Below are positions 1-10,043 of a DNA stretch of 64,000 nucleotides, piece by piece. The notes beneath the pieces were generated by a model. It did no database searches, was not told the DNA's origin, and saw only the letters and a list, made by a program, of their open reading frames with translations. The stretch's first letter is position 1. Each line of letters begins with the position of its first letter. Origin of the DNA: an uncultured delta proteobacterium (GTDB taxonomy: Bacteria; Desulfobacterota; Syntrophorhabdia; Syntrophorhabdales; WCHB1-27); the NCBI GenBank assembly GCA_963810935.1, contig CAWEPK010000017.1, forward strand, positions 160,001 to 224,000. Reading direction: 5' to 3'. A program made the position numbers and the translations under genes.

Positions 1-46
1 CGACGGAGGGGGCGCTGAGCCCCAATAATTGCCAAGGGGTGATGCC

Positions 47-1444
47 ATGTATCTGAATTACTACAACTTCAGGAGGGAGCCGTTCCAGATAACCCCAGAC
101 CCGGAATTCCTTTTCCTGAGCCCGAGCCATAAGGAGGCGATGGCGTCGATCATTTACGGCATCGAGGGGAAAAAGGGGTTCATAGCCATCGTCGGGGGGG
201 TCGGCGTCGGCAAGACCACCATTTTGCGCTCCTACCTCGAACAGGTCAACAGGGAGAAGACAAAAATCATCTATGTCTTCAACGCGAACCTTTCGTTCAA
301 GAGCCTTCTGACGACGATCTATCAGGAGCTCGGCATAACCCCCCGCACCGACGATATCTTCCTGATGGTGAACCAGTTGAGCGAGGTGCTGATCGAGGAG
401 TATAAAAACGGGTCCACCATAGTCCTGATCGTCGACGAGGCGCAGAACATGCCGGTGGAGACACTTGAAAACCTGCGCATGCTGTCGAACCTGGAGACGG
501 CGACGGACAAGCTGATCCAGATCGTGCTCATAGGACAGCCGGAATTCAACGACAAGCTGAACCTGTACGAGCTAAGGCAGCTCAAGCAGCGCATCGCGAT
601 ACGGACTACGATCCTGCCGCTCACCAAGATAGAAAGCGAAAGGTACATCCGGCACCGGCTTTCCAAAGTGATGATCAAGGACGAGCCCGTGCTTTCCAGA
701 CGGGCGATGAACGAGATCGTGCGCTATTCGAAAGGCATACCGAGGGTCATCAACGTCCTGTGCGACAACGCCTTCATCACGGGCTACGGATACCAGAAGA
801 AACCGGTAACGGCCAAGATCATCAGGGAGATCTGCACCGATTTCGATTCGAAGAGGAACAAGGAAAAAGAGCTGAAGACCGAGTATTTTTTCCGGTGGAA
901 GGTGGCGGCGGCCATCGCCCTCGCTTTCGCGGCGATAGTCGTCTTCTGGATATCACCGTACAGGGATGGAACATGGGACCGGCTGCTCACCCAGGTGCGC
1001 CAGTTTAAAGAGGCACAGGCGCCGTCCGCGGGCATACAGAGGGACGTGCAGGCGCAGCCTGCCGCAATAACGGCGCCGGCACTTGCAGCGTCCCCGGCCG
1101 TACCGGAGAATCAGGCTGCCTCCACGCTCCCGTCCGTCGTTGTGCCGGTCCGGCCGGATGGGCAAGGCGAGCCCGTCCGTGAGGTTGCCGTGCCGGCGGT
1201 TAACCCCGCGACGCCGCAAGCGGCCGCAGCCGTGCCGTCCGCAGCCGATATGGGGAGGCAGGTGTCCGTGACTGTGGAGAGGGGCGATACGCTGTCGAGG
1301 CTAATGATAGCCAAATACGGCGCCTACGATAACGACATGCTGCAAAAGATAAAGAACGGCAACCCGTCCATCAAGGACGTCAACCGCATCTATGCCGGGG
1401 AGACGATCCTCTTCCCCCAAAAGGACAAACGGGCAAGAAAATGA
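47..1444 (+). CDS. ExeA/GspA-family AAA ATPase with TM helix, Pro/Ala linker and C-terminal LysM domain (polysaccharide/PEP-CTERM-locus type)
   Basis: Typical ExeA N-terminus MYLNYYNFRREPFQITPDPEFLF; Walker A GGVGVGKTT; Walker B LIVDEAQN; LIGQPE; C-terminal LysM VTVERGDTLS...NPSIKDVNRIYAGETILFP. ATG at 47 preferred over TTG at 29. Confidence 0.85.
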   Translation: MYLNYYNFRREPFQITPDPEFLFLSPSHKEAMASIIYGIEGKKGFIAIVGGVGVGKTTILRSYLEQVNREKTKIIYVFNANLSFKSLLTTIYQELGITPRTDDIFLMVNQLSEVLIEEYKNGSTIVLIVDEAQNMPVETLENLRMLSNLETATDKLIQIVLIGQPEFNDKLNLYELRQLKQRIAIRTTILPLTKIESERYIRHRLSKVMIKDEPVLSRRAMNEIVRYSKGIPRVINVLCDNAFITGYGYQKKPVTAKIIREICTDFDSKRNKEKELKTEYFFRWKVAAAIALAFAAIVVFWISPYRDGTWDRLLTQVRQFKEAQAPSAGIQRDVQAQPAAITAPALAASPAVPENQAASTLPSVVVPVRPDGQGEPVREVAVPAVNPATPQAAAAVPSAADMGRQVSVTVERGDTLSRLMIAKYGAYDNDMLQKIKNGNPSIKDVNRIYAGETILFPQKDKRARK

Positions 1445-2606
1445 TGCGGCAACAGCAGAGGCCAATTCGCACACGGCAGCTCCGGTTCTCACCCCTTTTT
1501 GCAAGCCACCTTGCCAGCCGGGATTATGACTTTTACGGAGAAGCAGACTTCAACGCCCATATCCGCGTGGAAAGACGCAGGACGGAGCGCACGAAGAAGC
1601 CCCTTCTCCTGGTGCTCCTCGATATCAACGCCCTTGAAAAGGACAGGAGCAGGAAAAGGGCTATAGAGAGGATCGCCTATGCCCTCTGCTCCTGCTCGCG
1701 GAAGATCGATATAAAAGGCTGGTACAAGGCCAGCTCGGTCTTCGGCATCGTCTTCACCGAGCTTCCCGGCGGCGTCAGGGAGATAAGACAAAAGCTGGTC
1801 GAGAAGATCACGCGGACGCTGGCCGGCGCGCTGAGACCGGACGAGATGCAGAAGATAAAGATCACGCAGCACACCTACCCCGAAGAGGACAAAGACGACG
1901 GGACTGAACATAAGGTCCTGGACCTCTACCTTTACCCGGACGTGACGAAGAAGAACAGCGCCGGACGCCTTTCCCTCATCCTGAAGAGGATAACGGACCT
2001 GATAGGGAGCGCCGCCTGCCTTATCGCGTCGGCGCCGCTGTTTCTGGCTATCGCGGCAGCGGTGAAGCTCACGTCGCCGGGGCCGGTCCTTTTCAGGCAG
2101 CGCCGCATGGGATTTTCGGGAAAGGAATTCACCTGCCTCAAATTCAGGTCGATGCACGTTCACAATGACCCGCAAGACCATATCGATTACGTTACGAAAT
2201 TTATAAGCGGGGACCTGCATAACGGCGGGAGCGCGCAAACCGAGGAAGCCGTTTTTAAGATGACGGACGACCGCAGGGTAACGCCTTTCGGCCGGCTCCT
2301 CAGAAAGACGAGCCTGGACGAGCTGCCCAGCTCATCAACGTGATCAGGGGCGACATGTCGCTCGTCGGGCCGAGACCGCCCGTCTCCTACGAATACGAAC
2401 AGTACGATATCTGGCACAGGCGCAGGGTGCTGGAGGTGAAGCCCGGCATCACCGGCCTGTGGCAGGTGAAGGGACGCAGCGCCACGGCGTTCGACGAGAT
2501 GGTGCGGCTCGACCTGCAATACGCCAGGGAGCGGTCTTTCTGGCTCGACCTGAAGATACTGTTGCAGACACCCCGGACGATTATCGGGTGCAGGGGTGCG
2601 TATTAA
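1441..2606 (+). CDS. Priming phosphoglycosyl transferase (WcaJ/WbaP C-terminal Bac_transf domain) with N-terminal degenerate GGDEF-like domain; 1-nt frameshift near 2326-2328
   Basis: KRITDL, SPGPVLFRQRRMG, KFRSM, DDRRVTPFGRLLRKTSLDELP in ORF 1441-2343. Continues as QLINVIRGDMSLVGPRP...KPGITGLWQV...DLKILLQT in ORF 2340-2606 if one C is added to CTGCCCAG. Confidence 0.9.
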
Positions 2607-2659
2607 AACTTTTGCCGCCATGAGACGGACAATCTTGACTAGTAGTACAGGAGGCAATA

Positions 2660-3661
2660 ATGGTTCGCATCGGTGTGATCGGGTACGGTTACTGGGGCGT
2701 AAACATCGTAAGGAATTTCAGTAGTATAGAAAGCGGTAAGGTAGTTTCGATCTGTGATGTCAATCGAGAGGCCTTAGGGAAGGCGAGCAAGCTCTTCCCG
2801 GGGACGGAAGTCACTTCCGACTGCCGCGAGGTAGCGACGTCGCCCAACGTCGATGCGGTAGCTGTGGTAACGCCCGTCTCCACTCATTTCGAGCTCGCCA
2901 AACTCGCTCTCCAGAACGGCAAGCACATCTTCGTCGAAAAGCCCTTCACCGCGAACGTCCGCCAGGCAGAAGAGCTGCTGGAGCTGGCCGACAAGAAGGG
3001 CCTGCTGATAATGGTGGACCATACGTTCCTTTTTACGGGCGCGGTCCGGAAGATCAAGCAGTTCGTCGAGACCGACGTCCTGGGGAAGCTCTACTATTTC
3101 GACTCCGTCCGGGTTAACCTCGGGCTTTTCCAACATGACGTGAACGTCGTATGGGACCTGGCCCCCCACGACCTGGCGATCATGGATTACCTGATCGACG
3201 GGAAGCCTTCGGCCATTGTCGCTACGGGCGAGTCCCACGTGAACGGCCACGTGGACGTCGCTTATGTGACCGTCTATTTCTCCGACAAGATGATCGCCCA
3301 TCTCAACGTCAACTGGCTCTCCCCCGTCAAGTTGCGGACAACGCTCATCGGGGGCGACAAAAAGATGCTTGTCTGGAACGACCTCGACGCGGATGAAAAG
3401 ATCAGGATTTACGACAAGGGCGTAGAGGTGAAAAGCACCGAGGGCATCTACGACCTGCTCGTCAGTTATCGGTCCGGCGACATGTGGGTGCCGAAAGTAG
3501 AGCAGGCGGAGGCCCTGAAGCTCGAATCGCAGTATTTCGTCGATTGCATAATGAACAACACCGCCCCTATCAACGACGGCGTGACGGGTCTGCGGGTCGT
3601 GAGCATGCTGGAGGCTGCAGACAAGTCGTTGAACAAGAGGGGAGAGATGGTGTACTTATGA
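2660..3661 (+). CDS. Gfo/Idh/MocA-family NDP-sugar oxidoreductase (WbpB/WlbA-like)
   Basis: GVIGYGYWG Rossmann motif, VEKP, WDLAPHD; RBS GGAGG upstream. Confidence 0.85.
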   Translation: MVRIGVIGYGYWGVNIVRNFSSIESGKVVSICDVNREALGKASKLFPGTEVTSDCREVATSPNVDAVAVVTPVSTHFELAKLALQNGKHIFVEKPFTANVRQAEELLELADKKGLLIMVDHTFLFTGAVRKIKQFVETDVLGKLYYFDSVRVNLGLFQHDVNVVWDLAPHDLAIMDYLIDGKPSAIVATGESHVNGHVDVAYVTVYFSDKMIAHLNVNWLSPVKLRTTLIGGDKKMLVWNDLDADEKIRIYDKGVEVKSTEGIYDLLVSYRSGDMWVPKVEQAEALKLESQYFVDCIMNNTAPINDGVTGLRVVSMLEAADKSLNKRGEMVYL

Positions 3662-4263
3662 CGCATTTTATCTCTACGGACGTGCTGCTCGGAAAAGACG
3701 TGAAGCTCTCGAAGTTCCTGAACCTCTATGGGTGCTCGGTCGGCGACGATACCAAAATAGGCGCCTTCGTGGAGATCCAGAAAAACGCGAGGGTCGGGAG
3801 GAACTGCAAGATATCGAGCCACACGTTCATATGCGAAGGGGTGATTATCGAGGACGAGGTATTCATCGGCCACGGCGTCGTCTTCATCAACGACACGTAT
3901 CCCAGGGCGACGACGGGGGGCAAGCTCCAGACGGAGGACGACTGGTCCGTGGAGCCGACCGTTGTCAGAAGGGGGGCCAGCATAGGCTCCGGTGCGACGA
4001 TCCTCGCAAATGTAACTATAGGAGAGAACGCAATAGTGGGCGCGGGAAGCGTAGTGACGGCCGACGTGGCGCCCAATACTATCGTGGCCGGGAACCCGGC
4101 GAGGGTGCTCCGGAGGCTCAGGGAAAAAGTGGACAGGCCGCTGAAGACGGCGATCCCGAGCGTGGCGCTGATGCCGGAGAGCCGGCTGTCTACAGCGGAG
4201 TCAGTCGGAATGGCGGGTGACGCGGTCATTATGCATCTGGGATCAAGACAGGAGGAAGCATGA
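3658..4263 (+). CDS. Hexapeptide-repeat NDP-sugar N-acyltransferase (WbpD/WlbB-like)
   Basis: Left-handed beta-helix repeats (IGAFVEIQKNARVGRNCKISSHTFICEGV...GASIGSGATIL...VGAGSVVT...VAGNPAR). ATG at 3658 overlaps the upstream stop. Confidence 0.85.
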   Translation: MTHFISTDVLLGKDVKLSKFLNLYGCSVGDDTKIGAFVEIQKNARVGRNCKISSHTFICEGVIIEDEVFIGHGVVFINDTYPRATTGGKLQTEDDWSVEPTVVRRGASIGSGATILANVTIGENAIVGAGSVVTADVAPNTIVAGNPARVLRRLREKVDRPLKTAIPSVALMPESRLSTAESVGMAGDAVIMHLGSRQEEA

Positions 4264-5414
4264 AGGTACCTTTCGTCGATCTGAAAATCCAGTATGAAGC
4301 CATGAGGCAGGAGGTGGCGTCCGCCCTCCAGGAAGTGCTCGACCAGACGGCTTTCGCAGGCGGGCCTTTCGTCGCCCGGTTCGAGAAGAAGTTCGCCGAG
4401 TTCTGCGGCGCCCGTCACGCAGTCGGGGTAAGCAGCGGCACGGCGGCCTTATGGCTCGCCCTGCTCGCTTCCGGCATCGGCCCGGGCGACGAGGTAATCA
4501 CCGTGCCGAACACGTTTATCGCGACGGCCGAGGCCATAACTTTCACGGGGGCAAAGCCCGTCTTCATCGACGTGTGCGAGGACTCCTGCCTGATGGACCC
4601 TAACCTGATCGAAAGCGCGATAACGCCAAGGACCAGGGCGATCATACCCGTCCATCTCTTTGGGCAGGCGGCGGACATGGACCCCATCATGGAGATAGCG
4701 TCCGGCCGCGGCCTTGCCGTTATAGAGGACGCCTGCCAGGCCCACGGCGCAACCTACAAGGGCAGGAAGGCGGGCAGCATCGGCGACGCCGCAGCCTTCA
4801 GCTTCTATCCGGGGAAAAACCTCGGGGCATACGGCGAGGCGGGCGCTGTCGTGACGAACAACGACAAGCTGGCCGGAAAGGTCACCACCCTTCGCGACCA
4901 CGGGCAGAGCCGGAAATACTATCACTCCATGATCGGATGGAACGACAGAATGGACGGGTTCCAGGGAGCGATACTCGACGTAAAGCTCAAGTACCTGGAG
5001 GACTGGAACAAGGCGCGCAGGGCCCACGCAGCGCTCTACGACAGCCTGCTCCACGGCGAAGAGGGCATACGTTGCCCCACGGTCAAACCGTACGGCAAGC
5101 CCGTCTTCCACATATACGCGATCAGGACGGCGGACAGGGACGACCTCATGGCCTACCTCGGGGAAAACGGGGTCGCCTGCGGCATCCACTACCCCGTGCC
5201 CATACACCTTCAGGAGGCGTATAGCTTCCTTGGCCTGCCTGAAGGGAGTTTCCCTGCGGCTGAAGCTGCCGCATCGGAGATGGTCTCGCTCCCCATGTTC
5301 GCCGAGCTGACGGACGACCAGATCGCGTATGCGGCCGACAAAGTAAAGGCATTCATGGAGAGCAGGAGCGGAGCGCAGCGGGAAGCGGAGCAATTATCGG
5401 CGGCCACGGCGTAA
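4260..5414 (+). CDS. DegT/DnrJ/EryC1/StrS PLP-dependent sugar aminotransferase (WbpE/WlbC-like)
   Basis: VPFVDLK, GDEVIT, PVHLFGQ, IEDACQAHGA, SFYPGKNLGAYGEAG. Confidence 0.92.
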   Translation: MKVPFVDLKIQYEAMRQEVASALQEVLDQTAFAGGPFVARFEKKFAEFCGARHAVGVSSGTAALWLALLASGIGPGDEVITVPNTFIATAEAITFTGAKPVFIDVCEDSCLMDPNLIESAITPRTRAIIPVHLFGQAADMDPIMEIASGRGLAVIEDACQAHGATYKGRKAGSIGDAAAFSFYPGKNLGAYGEAGAVVTNNDKLAGKVTTLRDHGQSRKYYHSMIGWNDRMDGFQGAILDVKLKYLEDWNKARRAHAALYDSLLHGEEGIRCPTVKPYGKPVFHIYAIRTADRDDLMAYLGENGVACGIHYPVPIHLQEAYSFLGLPEGSFPAAEAAASEMVSLPMFAELTDDQIAYAADKVKAFMESRSGAQREAEQLSAATA

Positions 5415-5486
5415 AAGCGCGCCGGGCGATCATGCGCCCAGGCGGAATAAGCGGACGGCAGGCGGAACACAAGTGACGAGGAACCC

Positions 5487-6809
5487 ATGAGCTATCTCAA
5501 TCACGTCGTGAAGACCAAAGGGTTCATCCATTCAGTCGAGCGGTCCGCGCAGATCCTGAGGCGGTTTTACATGGGAAGGCGGAAATTCCTTCAAATGATC
5601 GCCTACCTCCAGAGGGATTTCGACGACGACGCAAAAATCACCTTCTGCGTAACCGCCTCCCTCCTGTCGGAGAACGCGGCCCTCTTCAGGAAGCTGCGAC
5701 AGATGGGTCACGACGTGGCCGCGCACGGATACATCCACACGAATATGAAGAACAAGAGCAGGAGAGAACAGATCGATATCATCCGCAAGTGCTCGCACGT
5801 CTTCGCCCGGTTCCAGATGCCGGTGAGCGGTTTTCGATGCCCCTACCTCAGCTACAATAACGATACACTGGACGTTTTGCAGCGCGGGGGTTTCGCCTGG
5901 ACGAGCAACAACATGATCCTCTGGCCCAACGGCCTAAGCGGCGGGAACGGCCGCGAGAGCAAGACCTTAAAAAAGATCAACAACCTCTACCACATAGATT
6001 TTGCCGACAGCCGCCCGGCGCTGCCGAGGTTCCGTGACGGGTGCCTGGACATCCCGATCACGGGGCCCGACGACGAGATGCTCGTCGAGCGCTTCAAGGT
6101 CAAACAGAAGTCGAAGATCGCGGAAACGTGGATGAACGTGCTTCGCAAGACGCACGAAAGCGGGGAGATGTTCCACCTCCTTTTCCACCCTGAGCGCTTC
6201 CCCCACATAAGGGAGAGCATGAAGGAGATAGTGGCCGGGCTTAAACAGTTCGACCAGCCTGTCTGGGTAGCCTCTTTGATGGAGATAACACAGTGGTGGA
6301 GGCAGCGGCAGACGCTCACCTTCGAGCACGAGAAGACAAGCGACGGGGGTTTGAGGACATGGGTAAAGGTGCCGGAGAAGGCCATGATGCTCGTGAAGCG
6401 GCAGGGCGACTCCGCCCCGCCCGGCAAGGCGGCCTTCTTCGGTAGCTACGCGGCTGCCGGTCCGCTCGTCAGGCGCAACGGCAGCCAGGCGTTTATCGAA
6501 GCCGGGCCGCGCAAGGCCACCATCGGCCTGTCCGTGCGGTGCCCCGCTGATATGGAGACCTTCCTCAAAGAAGAGGGGTTCCTCGTCGAGCGCTCGGCGC
6601 AACCGGACGAGCACGCCGTCTTCCTCGACGGCCCCCGCACGTTTTCGCGAAAAGACGAAGCCGCGACGTTGGCGCAGGTGGAAGACTCCCCTTTCCAGCT
6701 CCTCCGTCTGTGGCGATGGCCGGACGGCAAAAGGAGCAGCTTCACCATCTCCGCCGACGTCGATTCGGTCACCCTTATGGACTTCGTCCGCAGGGCGTTG
6801 AAATTCTAG
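5487..6809 (+). CDS. Polysaccharide deacetylase (CE4/NodB) family protein
   Basis: KITFCVT, HDVAAHGYIH (metal His pair), GFRCPY, LFHP; C-terminal WPDGKRSSFTISADVD. Confidence 0.75.
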   Translation: MSYLNHVVKTKGFIHSVERSAQILRRFYMGRRKFLQMIAYLQRDFDDDAKITFCVTASLLSENAALFRKLRQMGHDVAAHGYIHTNMKNKSRREQIDIIRKCSHVFARFQMPVSGFRCPYLSYNNDTLDVLQRGGFAWTSNNMILWPNGLSGGNGRESKTLKKINNLYHIDFADSRPALPRFRDGCLDIPITGPDDEMLVERFKVKQKSKIAETWMNVLRKTHESGEMFHLLFHPERFPHIRESMKEIVAGLKQFDQPVWVASLMEITQWWRQRQTLTFEHEKTSDGGLRTWVKVPEKAMMLVKRQGDSAPPGKAAFFGSYAAAGPLVRRNGSQAFIEAGPRKATIGLSVRCPADMETFLKEEGFLVERSAQPDEHAVFLDGPRTFSRKDEAATLAQVEDSPFQLLRLWRWPDGKRSSFTISADVDSVTLMDFVRRALKF

Positions 6810-6816
6810 GCATTCA

Positions 6817-7872
6817 ATGACAGCCCAAATCACGAGCATAGAGCAGATAGGGACAGAGAACTGGCGCCGCTTCATCGAGGGCCATCCGCTGTCAGGCGTC
6901 TACCATCACGAGGACTGGCACCGCGTCATTGAAAAAACATACGGGTACGAAACCCGTTACTGCGTCATCCAGGGCGAGAGGGGGATCGAGGCGGCGCTGC
7001 CCTTCGTCCGTGTCAACGGCCCCTTGAGGAAGCGCATTGTCTCCTACCCTTATTCAGACGCCTGCGACCCCCTGGTGAGGGACAGCCGCGAGCTGACGGC
7101 GATCATGCGGGAGGTCGAGGCATGGAGGAACGCACAGCACATCGCCTCGGCGGAGCTGCGGACCTACAGGCTCATGGATTACCTCACGGACACAACCTTC
7201 TCCGGCGAGACGGCCTATTGCAATTACGTGCTCGACATGTCTGCCGATCCAGGCCGGCTCTTCAAATCGTTCCACAAAGACTGCGTGCAGCGGGCTATAA
7301 GGAAGGCGCAGAAATCGCCGGTCGAGGTCGTATACGGGAGCACGGCCGCCGACCTTGCAGAATTTTACAGGCTCCACACGGATACGAGAAAAAGACTGGG
7401 CGCGCCGGTGCAGCCTTTCCGGTTTTTCAGCAACCTGTGGGAGATACTTTACCCGGCAGGCGTCGCCTCGCTCCTTCTTGCGCGGGAAGGCGGCGCGAAC
7501 ATAGCGGGCGTTGTGCAGCTCAAGTTTAAAGACACGGTCTATTACAAGTTTGCCGCATCCGACAGGCGCCGGCTCACGAATAAGCCAAACCACCTCATTA
7601 TCTGGAGAATGATCGAGGACGCTCAAAAAGAGGGCTATCGCTTCCTCGACTTCGGCCGCACGTTTACTGGAGACACCGGCCTGATGCAATGGAAGGCAAG
7701 GTGGGGTGCCGAGAAGCGCGATTTCCGGTACGTCTACCCTGCGGAAGCGGCGGGGATCAGGCTCAACCAGGAGGGCAACTGGGCAAACAGCATCCTGAGC
7801 GGCATCCTGAAGCGTATGCCGGCATTCATGGTGAGGGCGAGCGGGGAATTGTTTTACAAGTACCTGGCATAG
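6817..7872 (+). CDS. FemAB-related GNAT-family protein
   Basis: SYPYSD, RAIRKAQK, RLGAPVQP, PNHLIIWRMIE, FLDFGRT, WKARWGA. Confidence 0.8.
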   Translation: MTAQITSIEQIGTENWRRFIEGHPLSGVYHHEDWHRVIEKTYGYETRYCVIQGERGIEAALPFVRVNGPLRKRIVSYPYSDACDPLVRDSRELTAIMREVEAWRNAQHIASAELRTYRLMDYLTDTTFSGETAYCNYVLDMSADPGRLFKSFHKDCVQRAIRKAQKSPVEVVYGSTAADLAEFYRLHTDTRKRLGAPVQPFRFFSNLWEILYPAGVASLLLAREGGANIAGVVQLKFKDTVYYKFAASDRRRLTNKPNHLIIWRMIEDAQKEGYRFLDFGRTFTGDTGLMQWKARWGAEKRDFRYVYPAEAAGIRLNQEGNWANSILSGILKRMPAFMVRASGELFYKYLA

Positions 7873-7880
7873 TGATTTGG

Positions 7881-8945
7881 ATGAATAACGGCATAAAGAT
7901 CATAGACCCTGTGACCGACGCCCGGTGGGACGCATACATCGCCCGGGCCGACGGGGGGTCCGTATTCCACCATTCGGCCTGGAAGAGGGTGATCGAAAAG
8001 ACGTACCGCGCGAGACCCCTCTACCTCGCGGCGTGCAACGGCGCCGGCGACATCGGGTGCGGCATGCCTTTCTTTTTGACGAGCGGCATGCTTACAGGCA
8101 AGGCGCTGGTCTCGCTGCCCTTCTCCGACTACTGCGACGTGCTTACCCACGATGCCGGCGAATTCCGCGCCCTCTGGGAGAGCGCCCTCGACTGGGGCAG
8201 GGAGAAAGGTGCGCGCTACGTGGAGATACGCGCCCGCGACCGGGCAGGCATCGACTTTGCGCCTTATGCCCTGGAGAAAAGCAGGACCTACCTGAACCAC
8301 TTTTTGGAGATAAGAAACGACGTCGAGTTCATGGAAAAAAAGGTCATCGAGAAGAGCTACAAGTACGACATCAGGCAGGCAGTCAAAAACGGCGTTACCG
8401 TGAAGGCCGCGGAAAGCGAGCCGGAGATGCGCCGGTATTACGGGCTTTACCTTATGACGCGCAAGCGGCACGGCCTGCCGCCCACCCCTTACGCCTTCTT
8501 CAGGAACGTATGGGAGGTCCTATCTCCGGCGAAGATGGTGCACCTCTTTCTCGCGTACTGGCAGGGGCGGCCCATTGCGGGCATAATCTTCCTGCGCCAC
8601 AACGGCTGCCTCTACGCGCTCTCCGCCTCGTCGGACGGCGCCTTCCTCGACAAGAAGCCGAACCATCTCCTGTGGTGGAGGGGCATCCAGCTCGCCTTCG
8701 AGCTGGGCCTCACGGGTTTCGACTTCGGCAGGACGTCGCCGGACAACAAGGGCCTGCGGTTTTTCAAGACGAGATGGGGGGCCGGAGAGATCGGGATAAA
8801 CCACTACAGGTTCGCGATGGGCGGCGGCAACGGCGGAAGCGGGCGCAGCCGGGCCCTCCTCGAAAAGGCGCTGCCGCGCTTCCTCAAGGTGCTTCCGTCG
8901 GGCGTTTTAAAACTGATCGGGAACATAACGTACAGATACATGTGA
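7881..8945 (+). CDS. FemAB-related GNAT-family protein, second paralog
   Basis: SLPFSDYC, RHGLPP, PNHLLWW, FDFGRT, FKTRWGA. Start set at ATG 7881, just after the previous stop. Confidence 0.8.
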   Translation: MNNGIKIIDPVTDARWDAYIARADGGSVFHHSAWKRVIEKTYRARPLYLAACNGAGDIGCGMPFFLTSGMLTGKALVSLPFSDYCDVLTHDAGEFRALWESALDWGREKGARYVEIRARDRAGIDFAPYALEKSRTYLNHFLEIRNDVEFMEKKVIEKSYKYDIRQAVKNGVTVKAAESEPEMRRYYGLYLMTRKRHGLPPTPYAFFRNVWEVLSPAKMVHLFLAYWQGRPIAGIIFLRHNGCLYALSASSDGAFLDKKPNHLLWWRGIQLAFELGLTGFDFGRTSPDNKGLRFFKTRWGAGEIGINHYRFAMGGGNGGSGRSRALLEKALPRFLKVLPSGVLKLIGNITYRYM

Positions 8946-9051
8946 GTGCGTGACTCTGTTGGCGGCCGTCAGCGCGACGGGGACCATCCTTCGCAGGTTC
9001 TTTCGGTCCGCACCGTACAGGCTGTTCTCAAATCTTTCGACAGGTGGTCAT

Positions 9052-10014
9052 ATGGAACAGAGATGGATAAGCCATGCAGTCAAAGAGATAAGGTCCGTTA
9101 GGTCCTTAACCGGTCTCAAGAACCTGAACCGGAAGCTCCTCTTCCTCATGTTCAGGGCCAGGGGCGATTTTATGAGGGGCACGGAGGTCCCGCCGAGCCT
9201 CCAGATAGAGCCCACCAATAACTGCAACCTCAGGTGTATCTGCTGCTCCGGCTACAGCAACGAGCGCAAGCGCGGCTATATGGAGCTGCCGTTGTTCCGC
9301 AGCATCATCGATCAGGCCGCCGGGATCGGCGTGAGCCGCATCCACCTCTACCTCCACGGCGAGCCTTTGCTCCATCCGCGGATCGGAGAGATGCTGCGCC
9401 ATATCAAGTCGAGACGGCTGGCCGTGACGCTCGCCACGAACGCCATGCTCCTCGACGAGGACAAGATAGCGGATGTGATGGGCGCGGGGATGACGAACGC
9501 CGATTATATCCTCCTGTCGGTCCTCGGTTTCTCCAGGCAGACCCACGAGAGCATCCAGCGCGGCGTCGATCATGACCGGGTCGTGGCCAATATAGCGCGG
9601 CTGACAGGGTATAGGGACACCCGCAAGCTGGACGGGCCGATCATCGAGACGGTCTTTTACAGGATGCCGGAGAACCGCGGCGAAGAGGACGCGTATCGCG
9701 CGTACTGGCACAAGAAGGTGGACCACGCCCGCATTGCGCGCGAGTCGATGCAGTACGCCGAGCTGCGCGGAGGCGTTTCGAGCGCCCGCCCCCGCATGCG
9801 CACGTGCCACCACCTGTGGGAGAGGATGAGCATCCACTGGGACGGTAACGTCGCCCTGTGCGTCGGCGACATTGACGGAAAGCACCGGCTCGGCAACCTC
9901 GGGGAAAGCTCCATAAAGGACCTGTGGAACGGAAAGGAGATTTCGACGATAAGGGCGCTCCACAGGAAATCGGAATTCGCGGCAATACCCCTCTGCCGGA
10001 CCTGCGACTGGTAA
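9052..10014 (+). CDS. Radical SAM protein with C-terminal SPASM/Twitch domain
   Basis: IEPTNNCNLRCICC (CxxxCxxC), HGEPLLHP, TNA, CHHLWERMSIHWDGNVALC...CRTC. Start uncertain (GTG 8950 or ATG 9052). Confidence 0.88.
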   Translation: MEQRWISHAVKEIRSVRSLTGLKNLNRKLLFLMFRARGDFMRGTEVPPSLQIEPTNNCNLRCICCSGYSNERKRGYMELPLFRSIIDQAAGIGVSRIHLYLHGEPLLHPRIGEMLRHIKSRRLAVTLATNAMLLDEDKIADVMGAGMTNADYILLSVLGFSRQTHESIQRGVDHDRVVANIARLTGYRDTRKLDGPIIETVFYRMPENRGEEDAYRAYWHKKVDHARIARESMQYAELRGGVSSARPRMRTCHHLWERMSIHWDGNVALCVGDIDGKHRLGNLGESSIKDLWNGKEISTIRALHRKSEFAAIPLCRTCDW

Positions 10015-10043
10015 AGAAGCTTCGATTCGCCAAGGAGGTGATC

